A stretch of 35,116 nucleotides of DNA from Thermoanaerobaculales bacterium. Its GTDB lineage: Bacteria; Acidobacteriota; Thermoanaerobaculia; Thermoanaerobaculales; Sulfomarinibacteraceae. Every line of letters starts with the position of its first letter. The first letter of the stretch is position 1. Below the pieces are notes generated by a model, which saw only the letters and a list, made by a program, of their open reading frames with translations, was not told the DNA's origin and did not search any database. The translations under genes and the position numbers were made by a program. Where the stretch lies: assembly GCA_029938595.1 (NCBI GenBank), contig JAOZUP010000002.1, positions 1 to 35,116 of the forward strand. Direction: 5' to 3'. Below, one piece after another: positions 7,696 through 15,930 of this stretch.

Positions 7696-10600
7696 TCACG
7701 GGAGCAACGGCGATACTCGTCCTCCGGGGCGACGGATTTGCGCGCCTTGCCGGCTTCTGACTTCGATATTTTGGACCGCCTTGCGGGCGGTGCCGCCGTC
7801 CGGGGTCACAGTGGCGACGACCTGGTAGCGCCCCAACGGCACGGTCCTCCCCTCCCACGAGTAGGTCACCATGCTCTGTCCTTTCGCTGAAACGGTGCGC
7901 GTGATCTCACCCAGATCGTCCTCGGGGCGTCCGGTGAGATCGAGCACGGCAATCTCGAAGCGGACGGATTGCTGTGCGGAGGTCGTGTTGGCGTAGGTCA
8001 CCGAAAACTCGACCGGTATTCCCGGTAGAACAGAATCCGGCACCACGAACTCCACGATGTGGCCTACGAGCACCTGGACCGTGCTGTCCGCCCGCGCCAC
8101 CACCGCCGCGTCGCGTTCCAGCTCGAGGTGGACCGCGAAACTCCCCTCCCCTGCCGGCGCTTGAAAGACCGGTGCGAGATCCGCTGTCGATCCGGCCTCC
8201 ACCGTGAATGGTCCATCCGTGGAGCGCCCGAGCTCCTGACCGAACACGTCGATCACGCGAAGGGTTGTGTTGACGACCACAGCATCGTCGGACACATTGA
8301 TGACATTGACGTTCGTCGGCACCGATTCTCCCGGAGCGGCGCTGAGGGCTTGCACGCTGAAATCGGTCACGGCGACGGTCTCAGATGCTGCATACACTAT
8401 GCGGACATCGAGCCGCCGGTACAACGTGGTTTGACCGGTCGACGCCTCGTAGACGACCGGAAACAGGTGGACGTGCAACACGAGGTGGTCCTCCACCTTG
8501 CGCACCTCCCAGGTGAAATGCTCTGCCGGCACAGTACCTGCCTCCGGTGGCGTGGCCGACCACACGTCGTCGGTTCCGCCAACAGCCAGGAACACCCCCG
8601 GCTCGTAGTGCGGAATCGCCATCACACCGAGTTGCACCTGATCCTCGGTCTGCACCTCGACATCCGTTATCTGGGCATCGGCTGGCAGCTGCAGCTCGAT
8701 CTCCGTTGCCGGCAGCACCGGCCCATCGAAATGCCGTTGCATGAATCCTTCGACCTCGACCAGGGCGAAGCCGGGGGCCGTTTCTTCGTCAACGGTATAG
8801 GTGCTGGCATCGACGGAGGTCGTTCTCTCAAACGTGTTTTGATCAAGGGCTTTGGGTGAGCCAAAAACGGGGTCAACGATCATTTGCGCATTGTCCTGCG
8901 TCAACAACTTCGACGACGAGCCTCTGGGGATCTTCATCCACGGTACGCCGTACAGGGTGATCTCCTGCACGGCAGTCTTGTCCCGGCAGTACCAGCCCGC
9001 GAGGGCGGAGTAGCTGCTCTTGGCCCGACGAAGCGCCGAGCCGACGGAACGGAGCGTGCCGGAACCCGGCATCGCCCGTCGGATGAACCTGTTGAAAACC
9101 TCCTCCGAGTACCACTCCGACCCGCCCGATGAGTGCCAGGAGATTCCGGCGTTGGCAACGGCCCCCGAAGCGCCCTCGGCAACCAACCGGTCGATCAAAG
9201 AGTTGGGACCGAGAGTCATGCCGACCCTGCAGTCCTCAAAGCCGCAGAACGGTCGGCTCGTGAGTCCGGTCGTGATCGTGGCGGCCAGGGTCGACCCGCC
9301 GATACAATCCATCTTCGACTTTCTGCTGCCAGTAGGCGCGCATATAGCATTCGGGCCGCCGTGGTCGGCGTGCAAAAAGATCGCAAACTGCTCCCGCAGC
9401 GCGTCGAGTAGATCGTTCTCTCGCCAGTCGTCGTTGTCGACCATGTCTGATGACGCGCTGTAGCCCCAATCCCGAACATGGTCGAGCACGCTCGAGTCGC
9501 TTGACCCGAGGTCGAGCTCCGGCCCGTCCCAGCTCGCCAGTACCGCACGCGGCGAGGCACCTGGGTTCGGGCCGTCCAACCCATGTTCAAACAGGAATCG
9601 CAAACTCTCCGCAGTGTCGCCGACGATTCGTCCGACGATGACCTCCAGCTCACCCTTGTCCCACTCCGAGTGATCCGTATCGCCGAAGTGGTTGTCAGTC
9701 AGAATGAAGTCGTTGTTGACCACCCGACCGATGACAGGGTCGCTGGAGGAATGATCCGACTCCGTGTCTTCGCAGGGACATTCTCGACGGTACATGGGAA
9801 TCACGTCGTCGTCGCCCAGGATGACCACGTAATCCACGTCGTCGGCGTCGTCGATCCAATCTTCGAGCAACTGGTCGATCTCGCGTGTCGCGGGATTGGC
9901 GGTGGTCTGATTCCAGGTGTTCCAGGTGAGGTTGTCCCAGTCGTGCGCCTCCGTCGAATAATCGTCCACAAAGTAGATCGCCGCCGGCATTCCCCCTGAT
10001 GGACCTGTCGGGGGGCCCTGCAAGGCCCAGGTCACGGTCGCGAGCAGATAGGTCGAGTCCCAGAGGTCATAGGTGGTTTCGTACAGGTGATGTCGGCTGG
10101 TCAGGACGATCACCGGAACCTGGCGAACGAGCCGGATGGGCGGACCATCGACATCCGCAACTACCTCTCCATCCGATCCCCCGTAGCGGACATCCGCTGA
10201 CGGAATGATGTCGCCGGCAGGATCGCTGCTGATCACGGCAAAACGGAACACGAACTGCTTCCGGAGAGGCGCCGAACCCGCGGCCAGCGGTATCGTCGCG
10301 CTGTAGCGGCCGGTGCCCGTGACGTAGAAGGTCACCGGATCGAGGGCGCAGCCGGTACAGTCGCGGACTCCCGAGTCGATGGGAAAGCCGAGCGCATCGC
10401 CCGGGATCTCCACCGTCACATAGGGTTCCGCCGGTCCACTGCTGTCGACCGTGACCTCCGCAACCACATCGACGTAGTTGACATCCGCGGGTCCATCGTT
10501 GTCCGGGATCAACTTGTAGACCGCGGGCCCAAGCAGCGAGCCCTGGTCCAAAAATACCCGGACATCTGTGTTCAAGGGATCGGTGGAAACTTCCAGTACG

Positions 10601-13464
10601 TAGGGATCGTCAGGTCCTGAAATGCGGTTGAACCCGTCCACCCTGAGGTAGTAATCGCCGGTTACCTCAGCTGTATGGATGATTCTGCGAAGAGCCGTGT
10701 CGGAGTCGTTTCCGGCCTCCGCAATCATGCTCCTATCCGGTCCGTACAGGGTCAGGCGGTACGGGCGAGTCACCTCGAGATCCGCAATCAGTACATCATC
10801 GGCGTCAACCGTGACGACGAAGAAGTCAACGTCGCGTCGATTGCAGATGCGTGAGCTATGGCGAAGGGTCGTATCGATGGCCGAGGCATGGTCGAAGTCG
10901 TCGTTGGGTTCCTTCGGATCGAAACACCTGGAAAACTCAGAGGTGTTGCCGCTGGAATCGGTCGCGGTGGCATGGATATACCGACGGCTCTTGTACCCTT
11001 CCCACCGCCACGCGCCGGTCGCCAACGCTGTGACCGTGCCCTCGTAGGTCCGTCCATCATCCATCACGTCCGAAAACACCTCGACCGTGCATCGCGAGCA
11101 CGCGACCCCCTCAGCCCATTCCGAGGTGTACCCGCTGACGATCGGCTCGATGATTCTCTCGTTGCCCACGTTGACACCGGATCCGAGGCTGATTCCGCGT
11201 CCGTCGTTGTCGAAGATGCTGTTCTCGGTGATGGTGTTGTAGTCGGTCGTGGCCCCGTACACCTGTACACCGACCCCGCCATTGAGCGAGATCGTGTTGT
11301 CCGGGCCGATCGTGTTGTGCTGGGCGCCCATCTCGAGACGAACCCCGTCACCGGCGTTGCCCAACGGTAGGTGGCTCGGCGTGCTGGTTCCGATACGGTT
11401 GCCGGCGACCACGTTCAGGTCCGCGTCCCAAAGACTCACACCGGCACTGCCGTTGTCGGCGATCAGGTTGCCGCGTCCGCTTTCCGCGCCTCCTATTTCG
11501 TTGAAGCTCCCATGTTGAATGGAGACCCCCTCGAACCGATTGCCGAGCCGCGCACCACCATCGATAGAGGCACCTATCCAGTTGCCGTAGACCTTGTTGC
11601 GCTGGGCATCCCCCCCGGCGATCTTGACGCCGCGGTCACCGTTTCCGGATATCACATTACCCTCGCCGACGCGGGATCCGCCGATCCGGTTGTACCTGGC
11701 GCCGTCGTTCAGCAGGACACCGCCACCGCTGTTTGCAAGCGCGGACGTGCCGGTCACATCGGTGCCGATTCGGTTGCCATACACCAGTGCGTATGCCGTC
11801 CCGGAAAGATGGAGCCCGACGTTGGTGTTTCCGGATATGACGTTTCCTTCCCCGGTGCCCGCGCCGCCTATGTGGTGGCCGAGGCCTCCTGATAACACGA
11901 TCCCCTTGACGTTGCCGGCGGCGGCGGCACCCGTGTGGTCGGTGCCCACGAAACAGCCGTGCACGTCAAGATGGCTACTCCGGGAGGCCTGCAGGCCGGC
12001 CTGGCTCCAGTTCGAGATCACGATGCCGACAACCGAGGATTCCCCGACGTCATCGAGGTCAACACCAACCGCCCCGCTGCCGGCGCTCGAGCCGTCGAGC
12101 ACGATCTCGGGCCCGTCCGGGTTGGTGTCGCCTTGATTCGCGGTTTGAGTCGTGCCTTCGAGATGCAGAGATTTTGTCAGCACGGGCAGCACGGCCGGGC
12201 GGATGGTCCATACCGTGCCGTCAAAGCCCGCGTCGGAACTCGGGATATCGAACTGAACCGGAGCGTTTGCGCCCGCGTCGACCTCGTTGAATGCCTCTCG
12301 GAGCGAGCAGTGTGCGTCGTTGCAGGTGCCGTCGTCGAGGTCATCGGTGGTGTTGACGACGACCGGCGCCGGCGGAGCGTACGGGATCACATCGATGGTG
12401 AGAAAGTACGGCTGACTCGGTTCGTAATCGCCTCCGGGGCTGAACACACGCGCCCTGAACTCGCCCTCGAAGTTGCTCACCTTGAACTCGATCCGCTCCT
12501 CTGCGGTGTCCGCCGCATGAGAGGACGCCACGAAATCACCATGTGGATCGTAGAGCTCGAGATCATAGTTTTTGGGCAGCTGCTCGAGTTTGATCCCGAT
12601 GGTGTCGTGCAACGCGGCAGAGAACGAGAAGTAGTCGTCGTCAGCGGCTGAGCAGATGTACGACTGGATGGTGGTGGGGTACGGCGGATCCAGAGACCAT
12701 GCCGCGCTATAGCTGTCGTTGGGCTCGAATGAATCCGGGCACGATGTTGGGGTTCCGGTTGGGGTCGGCATCAGCGTCGGGGTCCTGGTTGGAGTGGGGG
12801 TACGGGTTGCCGTGGGCGTCGCCGTGGGGGTTGTCGGTGTTGCCGTAGGTGTCACCGAGGGTGCCTCGTAGATCACCTTGAGCTCGGGCGGCCCCTTCTC
12901 ACGACTCGCAAACTTGCGAACGTACGGGTTGCCGCTGCTCGGACCCGCGATCGCGAGACCATAGTTGTCATAACCCGCTAGCCAGTCCATCACCAAGGCT
13001 GTCGCGTTCCACTCCACCCAACCGATCTGGCTGCCGACGCTTGACTGGCCTCGCCCATCGAAGAAAGGAACCGAATTGTGGGTGACGGTGTTCTCCTGCC
13101 AGGGGTCCCAGCACAGATTGACCGACAGCATCACCGGGCTCGCGCCGGTGGCCTGGATCATGTCGAGACTCAGGGTCGCGCTTTGGATGGTCGCGTTGGC
13201 CGGGATACTCGACAGATCGAAGCGAATGAGCGTCTGCGCCACCGCAGAGGGTTGATCGTTCATCGCGACGATCAACTCGGTGGCGGATCCGTAGTTGGTG
13301 TCCGGATTCAACGAGTCCACGTAGGCGTCGGCGACAGCGTACAACGTGATTTCGGTCGCCTCCAGTGAGTGGACCGCCGGACCGATAGACATGACGAGCA
13401 GGCACAACCCCAACACGACCGGGTGTGCCCATGAACAACGGGCGGACAATCCGTTCAGCTCCAT
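7696..13464 (-). CDS. 1922-aa secreted mosaic protein: DNRLRE-like domain, Pro/Thr linker, PPC domain, parallel beta-helix repeats, second PPC domain, C25 (gingipain-like) cysteine peptidase domain, C-terminal CARDB/Ig-like domains
   Basis: GGAGG lies 7 nt upstream of the ATG, and there is a signal-like N-terminus. Domain evidence, by residue:
- aa ~36-200: ADAYVDSLNPDTNYGS...TLIRFDLSSIP...ATLSL, DNRLRE-type.
- aa 203-240: TPTATPTTPTATPTATRTPTPTRTPT linker.
- aa 241-360 and 848-962: EPND...DDDYFSF and EPNDDFDHA...DVDFFVV, pre-peptidase C-terminal type.
- aa ~365-790: repeated GNVISGN / GNRIG / NTI units, PbH1/NosD-like.
- aa ~1115-1515: VVILGDDDVIPM, LTDNHFGDTD...VGRI, FLHADHGGPN (His), FCGFEDCRVG (Cys), which is the C25 hallmark order.
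- aa ~1697-1900: two CARDB-like modules. Confidence 0.9.
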   Translation of the reverse strand: MELNGLSARCSWAHPVVLGLCLLVMSIGPAVHSLEATEITLYAVADAYVDSLNPDTNYGSATELIVAMNDQPSAVAQTLIRFDLSSIPANATIQSATLSLDMIQATGASPVMLSVNLCWDPWQENTVTHNSVPFFDGRGQSSVGSQIGWVEWNATALVMDWLAGYDNYGLAIAGPSSGNPYVRKFASREKGPPELKVIYEAPSVTPTATPTTPTATPTATRTPTPTRTPTLMPTPTGTPTSCPDSFEPNDSYSAAWSLDPPYPTTIQSYICSAADDDYFSFSAALHDTIGIKLEQLPKNYDLELYDPHGDFVASSHAADTAEERIEFKVSNFEGEFRARVFSPGGDYEPSQPYFLTIDVIPYAPPAPVVVNTTDDLDDGTCNDAHCSLREAFNEVDAGANAPVQFDIPSSDAGFDGTVWTIRPAVLPVLTKSLHLEGTTQTANQGDTNPDGPEIVLDGSSAGSGAVGVDLDDVGESSVVGIVISNWSQAGLQASRSSHLDVHGCFVGTDHTGAAAAGNVKGIVLSGGLGHHIGGAGTGEGNVISGNTNVGLHLSGTAYALVYGNRIGTDVTGTSALANSGGGVLLNDGARYNRIGGSRVGEGNVISGNGDRGVKIAGGDAQRNKVYGNWIGASIDGGARLGNRFEGVSIQHGSFNEIGGAESGRGNLIADNGSAGVSLWDADLNVVAGNRIGTSTPSHLPLGNAGDGVRLEMGAQHNTIGPDNTISLNGGVGVQVYGATTDYNTITENSIFDNDGRGISLGSGVNVGNERIIEPIVSGYTSEWAEGVACSRCTVEVFSDVMDDGRTYEGTVTALATGAWRWEGYKSRRYIHATATDSSGNTSEFSRCFDPKEPNDDFDHASAIDTTLRHSSRICNRRDVDFFVVTVDADDVLIADLEVTRPYRLTLYGPDRSMIAEAGNDSDTALRRIIHTAEVTGDYYLRVDGFNRISGPDDPYVLEVSTDPLNTDVRVFLDQGSLLGPAVYKLIPDNDGPADVNYVDVVAEVTVDSSGPAEPYVTVEIPGDALGFPIDSGVRDCTGCALDPVTFYVTGTGRYSATIPLAAGSAPLRKQFVFRFAVISSDPAGDIIPSADVRYGGSDGEVVADVDGPPIRLVRQVPVIVLTSRHHLYETTYDLWDSTYLLATVTWALQGPPTGPSGGMPAAIYFVDDYSTEAHDWDNLTWNTWNQTTANPATREIDQLLEDWIDDADDVDYVVILGDDDVIPMYRRECPCEDTESDHSSSDPVIGRVVNNDFILTDNHFGDTDHSEWDKGELEVIVGRIVGDTAESLRFLFEHGLDGPNPGASPRAVLASWDGPELDLGSSDSSVLDHVRDWGYSASSDMVDNDDWRENDLLDALREQFAIFLHADHGGPNAICAPTGSRKSKMDCIGGSTLAATITTGLTSRPFCGFEDCRVGMTLGPNSLIDRLVAEGASGAVANAGISWHSSGGSEWYSEEVFNRFIRRAMPGSGTLRSVGSALRRAKSSYSALAGWYCRDKTAVQEITLYGVPWMKIPRGSSSKLLTQDNAQMIVDPVFGSPKALDQNTFERTTSVDASTYTVDEETAPGFALVEVEGFMQRHFDGPVLPATEIELQLPADAQITDVEVQTEDQVQLGVMAIPHYEPGVFLAVGGTDDVWSATPPEAGTVPAEHFTWEVRKVEDHLVLHVHLFPVVYEASTGQTTLYRRLDVRIVYAASETVAVTDFSVQALSAAPGESVPTNVNVINVSDDAVVVNTTLRVIDVFGQELGRSTDGPFTVEAGSTADLAPVFQAPAGEGSFAVHLELERDAAVVARADSTVQVLVGHIVEFVVPDSVLPGIPVEFSVTYANTTSAQQSVRFEIAVLDLTGRPEDDLGEITRTVSAKGQSMVTYSWEGRTVPLGRYQVVATVTPDGGTARKAVQNIEVRSRQGAQIRRPGGRVSPLLP

Positions 13465-13517
13465 GCCACGACCTCCGAAAGGTTGTCGCTGCCGATCTCC
13501 TGATTGAGTTCAGCCAG

Positions 13518-13547
13518 ATGGTAGTAGTCTCAGGGAACAGCTGTCAA
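13518..13547 (-). promoter_or_regulatory. candidate sigma70-type promoter for the 1922-aa gene
   Basis: The minus strand reads TTGACA-18 nt-TACCAT about 50 nt upstream of the ATG at 13464. The -35 is perfect, the -10 matches 4 of 6, and the spacer is 1 nt longer than optimal. Confidence 0.3.
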
Positions 13548-13630
13548 GAGACCAAGAGAGGAGCGGTTCGAGCAGCGCCACGGTTTCTGGCGCGAGTTCG
13601 TTAGGCATTGGGTAGACCCGTGCGGCCCGC

Positions 13631-13649
13631 CCGTTAGGGTGCCTAACGG
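13631..13649. promoter_or_regulatory. perfect 19-bp palindrome CCGTTAGG-GTG-CCTAACGG (candidate operator or hairpin)
   Basis: Read directly from the sequence. Additional CGTTAGG half-sites occur at about 13599 and about 13688. It lies between the DRR micro-ORF stop and the putative promoter of the 1922-aa gene. Confidence 0.4.
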
Positions 13650-13712
13650 TGCCGCCGTTCTGCAGATCGCGGCACATCGCGGGCAGCGTTAGGAGGCGGT
13701 AAGAAGCGCCGG

Positions 13713-13898
13713 TCAGTCGGCGCGTTTAGATTTGTGCCGGCGATCCACGCCGCTCCTCCGCTCCCGGACACGGCGATCTTTCCCGCCCCGCCGCTCCTCG
13801 CCGTCCCACCCCGTCTCACCGTCATTTTGGCGTTGGTCCGTACCGGAGCGCCGATCTCCCGGTTTCCGCCGATCAGTCTTGGAACGCCTCTCAATCAT
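13713..13898 (-). CDS. 61-aa arginine-rich DRR-repeat micro-protein (hypothetical)
   Basis: ATG at 13898 is preceded by GGGAGG at 5-nt spacing. The product is MIERRSKTDRRKPGDRRSGTDQRQNDGETGWDGEERRGGKDRRVRERRSGVDRRHKSKRAD, with repeated (S/G)x(D/E)RR units. There is no hydrophobic core, so it may be intrinsically disordered or nucleic-acid binding. Confidence 0.5.
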   Translation of the reverse strand: MIERRSKTDRRKPGDRRSGTDQRQNDGETGWDGEERRGGKDRRVRERRSGVDRRHKSKRAD

Positions 13899-14041
13899 GA
13901 TTGCCTCCCGGATGTCGACACGACCAGCTTATCGCGACGGCGCCCCTTCGACAACAGATCTCAGACCCCGTGGGCGCCAGATACACAGTCGTCTGATTCG
14001 TGACAAGCACGGCGGGACGCAGCGATTCGCCGTCCGTAGCA

Positions 14042-14067
14042 GACACCCGGTGAGAAGAGCGGGTCAG
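14042..14067 (+). repeat. copy b1 of the conserved intergenic block
   Basis: The sequence is gacacccggtgagaagagcgggtcag. It is the first of a tandem pair spaced about 39 bp apart. Confidence 0.6.
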
Positions 14068-14080
14068 CCGCCCTCGCACC

Positions 14081-14106
14081 AAAACCCGGTGAGAAGAGCG
14101 GGCCAT
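14081..14106 (+). repeat. copy b2 of the conserved intergenic block
   Basis: The sequence is aaaacccggtgagaagagcgggccat, about 95 nt upstream of the VWA gene start at 14200. The upstream flank gccgccctcgcaccaaaaccc resembles the flank of copy c (cgccaccctcgccaaaaccc). Confidence 0.6.
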
Positions 14107-14199
14107 CCTAACAAACGAGGACCAAATTCGTAGTACCCTCATGGGATGGCTGGCTGAGGCCGGCGATCGCCTCAGACGATCCTGGATGGAGGAAGGGGT

Positions 14200-15930
14200 A
14201 TGACAAGAACAGCCCGCCGAGTTATTGTCCTCGGTCTGGCAGTGGCAATGAGTCTTTCCGTGGTCGGAGCACAGGAGTCGGATCAACCCCAGGCCACCTT
14301 CTTCGCGCCTCTGAACGTGCCGCTGATCAGTATTGAGGTCTACGTATCCGACCGCGCCGGCCGGCCGATACCCGGCCTGACTCTCGAGGATTTTGAGATC
14401 TTCGAAGACGGCAAACCGGTATCGATCTCACACTTTTACGCCGCCCCTGGCGTCACCGAACCCGTCCAGGAAGAAATTGACTCGGGCGGCGACCTGGTGG
14501 AGAGCGCGCCCGCGCAGAACCTCTACCTTGTAGTCTATTTCGACGACATCAATCTCAGCCGGGGACGGCGCCAGTCGGCGATCGAACACCTGCGGGAGTT
14601 CCTTGCGTCCGAGCTGCCACCCAACCTCAAGGTGATGCTGGTCCGGTATTCCGGGCACCTCAACATTGAACAGGGGTTCACCGAAGAAACCGATGAGGTG
14701 ATTGCAGCGCTCGACGCCACGCGGGGATCAGGCTCGCTCTCGCGCCGGATCGATGAGACCATGTTGATGCGCGAAATCCAGAACGCAGCTTCGATGGCGT
14801 CTATGAGCGGTGATAGAGCGCTCGAGACCCTCGAACAATCAGGCAGCAGCACTTGGCAGTCAATCGGAACCTACGTGGATCAGACGGTCCATCGAACGCG
14901 AACCAGCATCGAAAACCAAAAGCGCCTGATACGGTCGCTGTCTGGTCTCAGCGGACGCAAGGCTATCCTCATGGTCAGCGACGGTGTGGAGGCCCGACCC
15001 GGCGAGTCGCTGTACCGCGCATGGTCTCAGGCTTTTGGTAGGGTACCTGCGTTAAGAATCGACGCACAACGAGCGTTCTTGCAAGCAGCCCGTGACGATC
15101 TCAGCGGCGAGTTCGGCGAACTCGCCCGTTTCGCCAACGGACACCGAGTGAGCTTCTACACGCTGTCGGCCGCCGGGACTGGGCGAGGGCGAGCGATCTC
15201 GGCCGAAACCCGACTCATGGACGAAGACCGCCTGGCCGTTGACCAGGGGATGAGCGAGCACGTTCTCATGGCGAACATGGCCGGTACCACCGGCGGCCGT
15301 TCGCTCGTCAACTCCCCCGCGCTTGCCGGCCAACTCAACGAGGTGTCAGAGGAGCTGGCGAGCTACTACTCGCTGGCCTTCAAACCGCAACACTTTGGTG
15401 ATGGAAAATATCACCGCCTCGACGTCAAGGTGAAGAAGGACGGTGTGCGTGTACGGCATCGTGGAGGGTACCTGGACGTTCCTCTGGCCGAACGAATTGT
15501 CGATCGCACGATGGCGGCAGCGGTCCACGGGGTTGCTGACAATCCGCTCGGGATCTCGGTGGCGACAGCCGGCGAGATCACGGCACGAGATGATGGGACG
15601 TTCCTTGTTCCGGTGATTATCACGGTTCCCATTGAACAGCTGGTGTTGATCCCCTCGGAGGAAGAGCACCAGGGTCAGATCTCGATTCACCTGACGGTAC
15701 GTGATGATAGCGGCGATATTTCGGCTCCGATTCGCCGCGACTACCCTGTAGCGATTCCGAACGCCTCTCTGACAACGGCGCTCGGCCAGAGCGCCGGCTT
15801 CACCTTGCGCCTCGGGGTGGGCCCGGGAAGGCAGAGGATCGCGGTCGGGCTGAGGGACGAAATCGCGGGCACGGAATCAATCACCTTTCTCGAGATCGGG
15901 GTGGGCGATGCTGGCGGCGTGGGCGGTTGA
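14200..15930 (+). CDS. exported VWA-domain protein, VWFA-related acidobacterial-type (TIGR03436-like), 576 aa
   Basis: GGAGGAAGGGG lies upstream of the ATG, and there is a signal peptide (LGLAVAMSLSVVGAQE). The family-typical N-terminus is FFAPLNVPLISIEVYVSDRAGRPIPGLTLEDFEIFEDGKPVSISHF. In the VWA core the MIDAS position reads YFDDINLS, which is degenerate. The C-terminal beta-sandwich motif is GKYHRLDVKVKKDGVRVRHRGGY. Confidence 0.85.
   Translation: MTRTARRVIVLGLAVAMSLSVVGAQESDQPQATFFAPLNVPLISIEVYVSDRAGRPIPGLTLEDFEIFEDGKPVSISHFYAAPGVTEPVQEEIDSGGDLVESAPAQNLYLVVYFDDINLSRGRRQSAIEHLREFLASELPPNLKVMLVRYSGHLNIEQGFTEETDEVIAALDATRGSGSLSRRIDETMLMREIQNAASMASMSGDRALETLEQSGSSTWQSIGTYVDQTVHRTRTSIENQKRLIRSLSGLSGRKAILMVSDGVEARPGESLYRAWSQAFGRVPALRIDAQRAFLQAARDDLSGEFGELARFANGHRVSFYTLSAAGTGRGRAISAETRLMDEDRLAVDQGMSEHVLMANMAGTTGGRSLVNSPALAGQLNEVSEELASYYSLAFKPQHFGDGKYHRLDVKVKKDGVRVRHRGGYLDVPLAERIVDRTMAAAVHGVADNPLGISVATAGEITARDDGTFLVPVIITVPIEQLVLIPSEEEHQGQISIHLTVRDDSGDISAPIRRDYPVAIPNASLTTALGQSAGFTLRLGVGPGRQRIAVGLRDEIAGTESITFLEIGVGDAGGVGG

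Noticed and set aside
8059-12651. Several 170-270-aa plus-strand ORFs inside the 1922-aa gene (for example 8059..8859 and 11935..12651)
   Set aside because: They are antisense shadows of a gene with continuous domain architecture, and their composition is typical of off-frame GC-rich sequence.
14081-14106. The conserved block read as a sigma54 promoter (GG-N10-GC)
   Set aside because: The distance between the GG of CCGGTGAG and the GC of GCGGG is 8-9 nt in all copies, not the 10 nt required. The TGGCAC and TTGC contexts are also absent.
13732-14133. 133-aa and 89-aa plus-strand ORFs, and the 131-aa minus-strand ORF (13891..14286), in the 13.5-14.2 kb control region
   Set aside because: They are R/P/S-rich low-complexity translations that overlap the better-supported DRR micro-ORF or the VWA gene start, and none has an SD.
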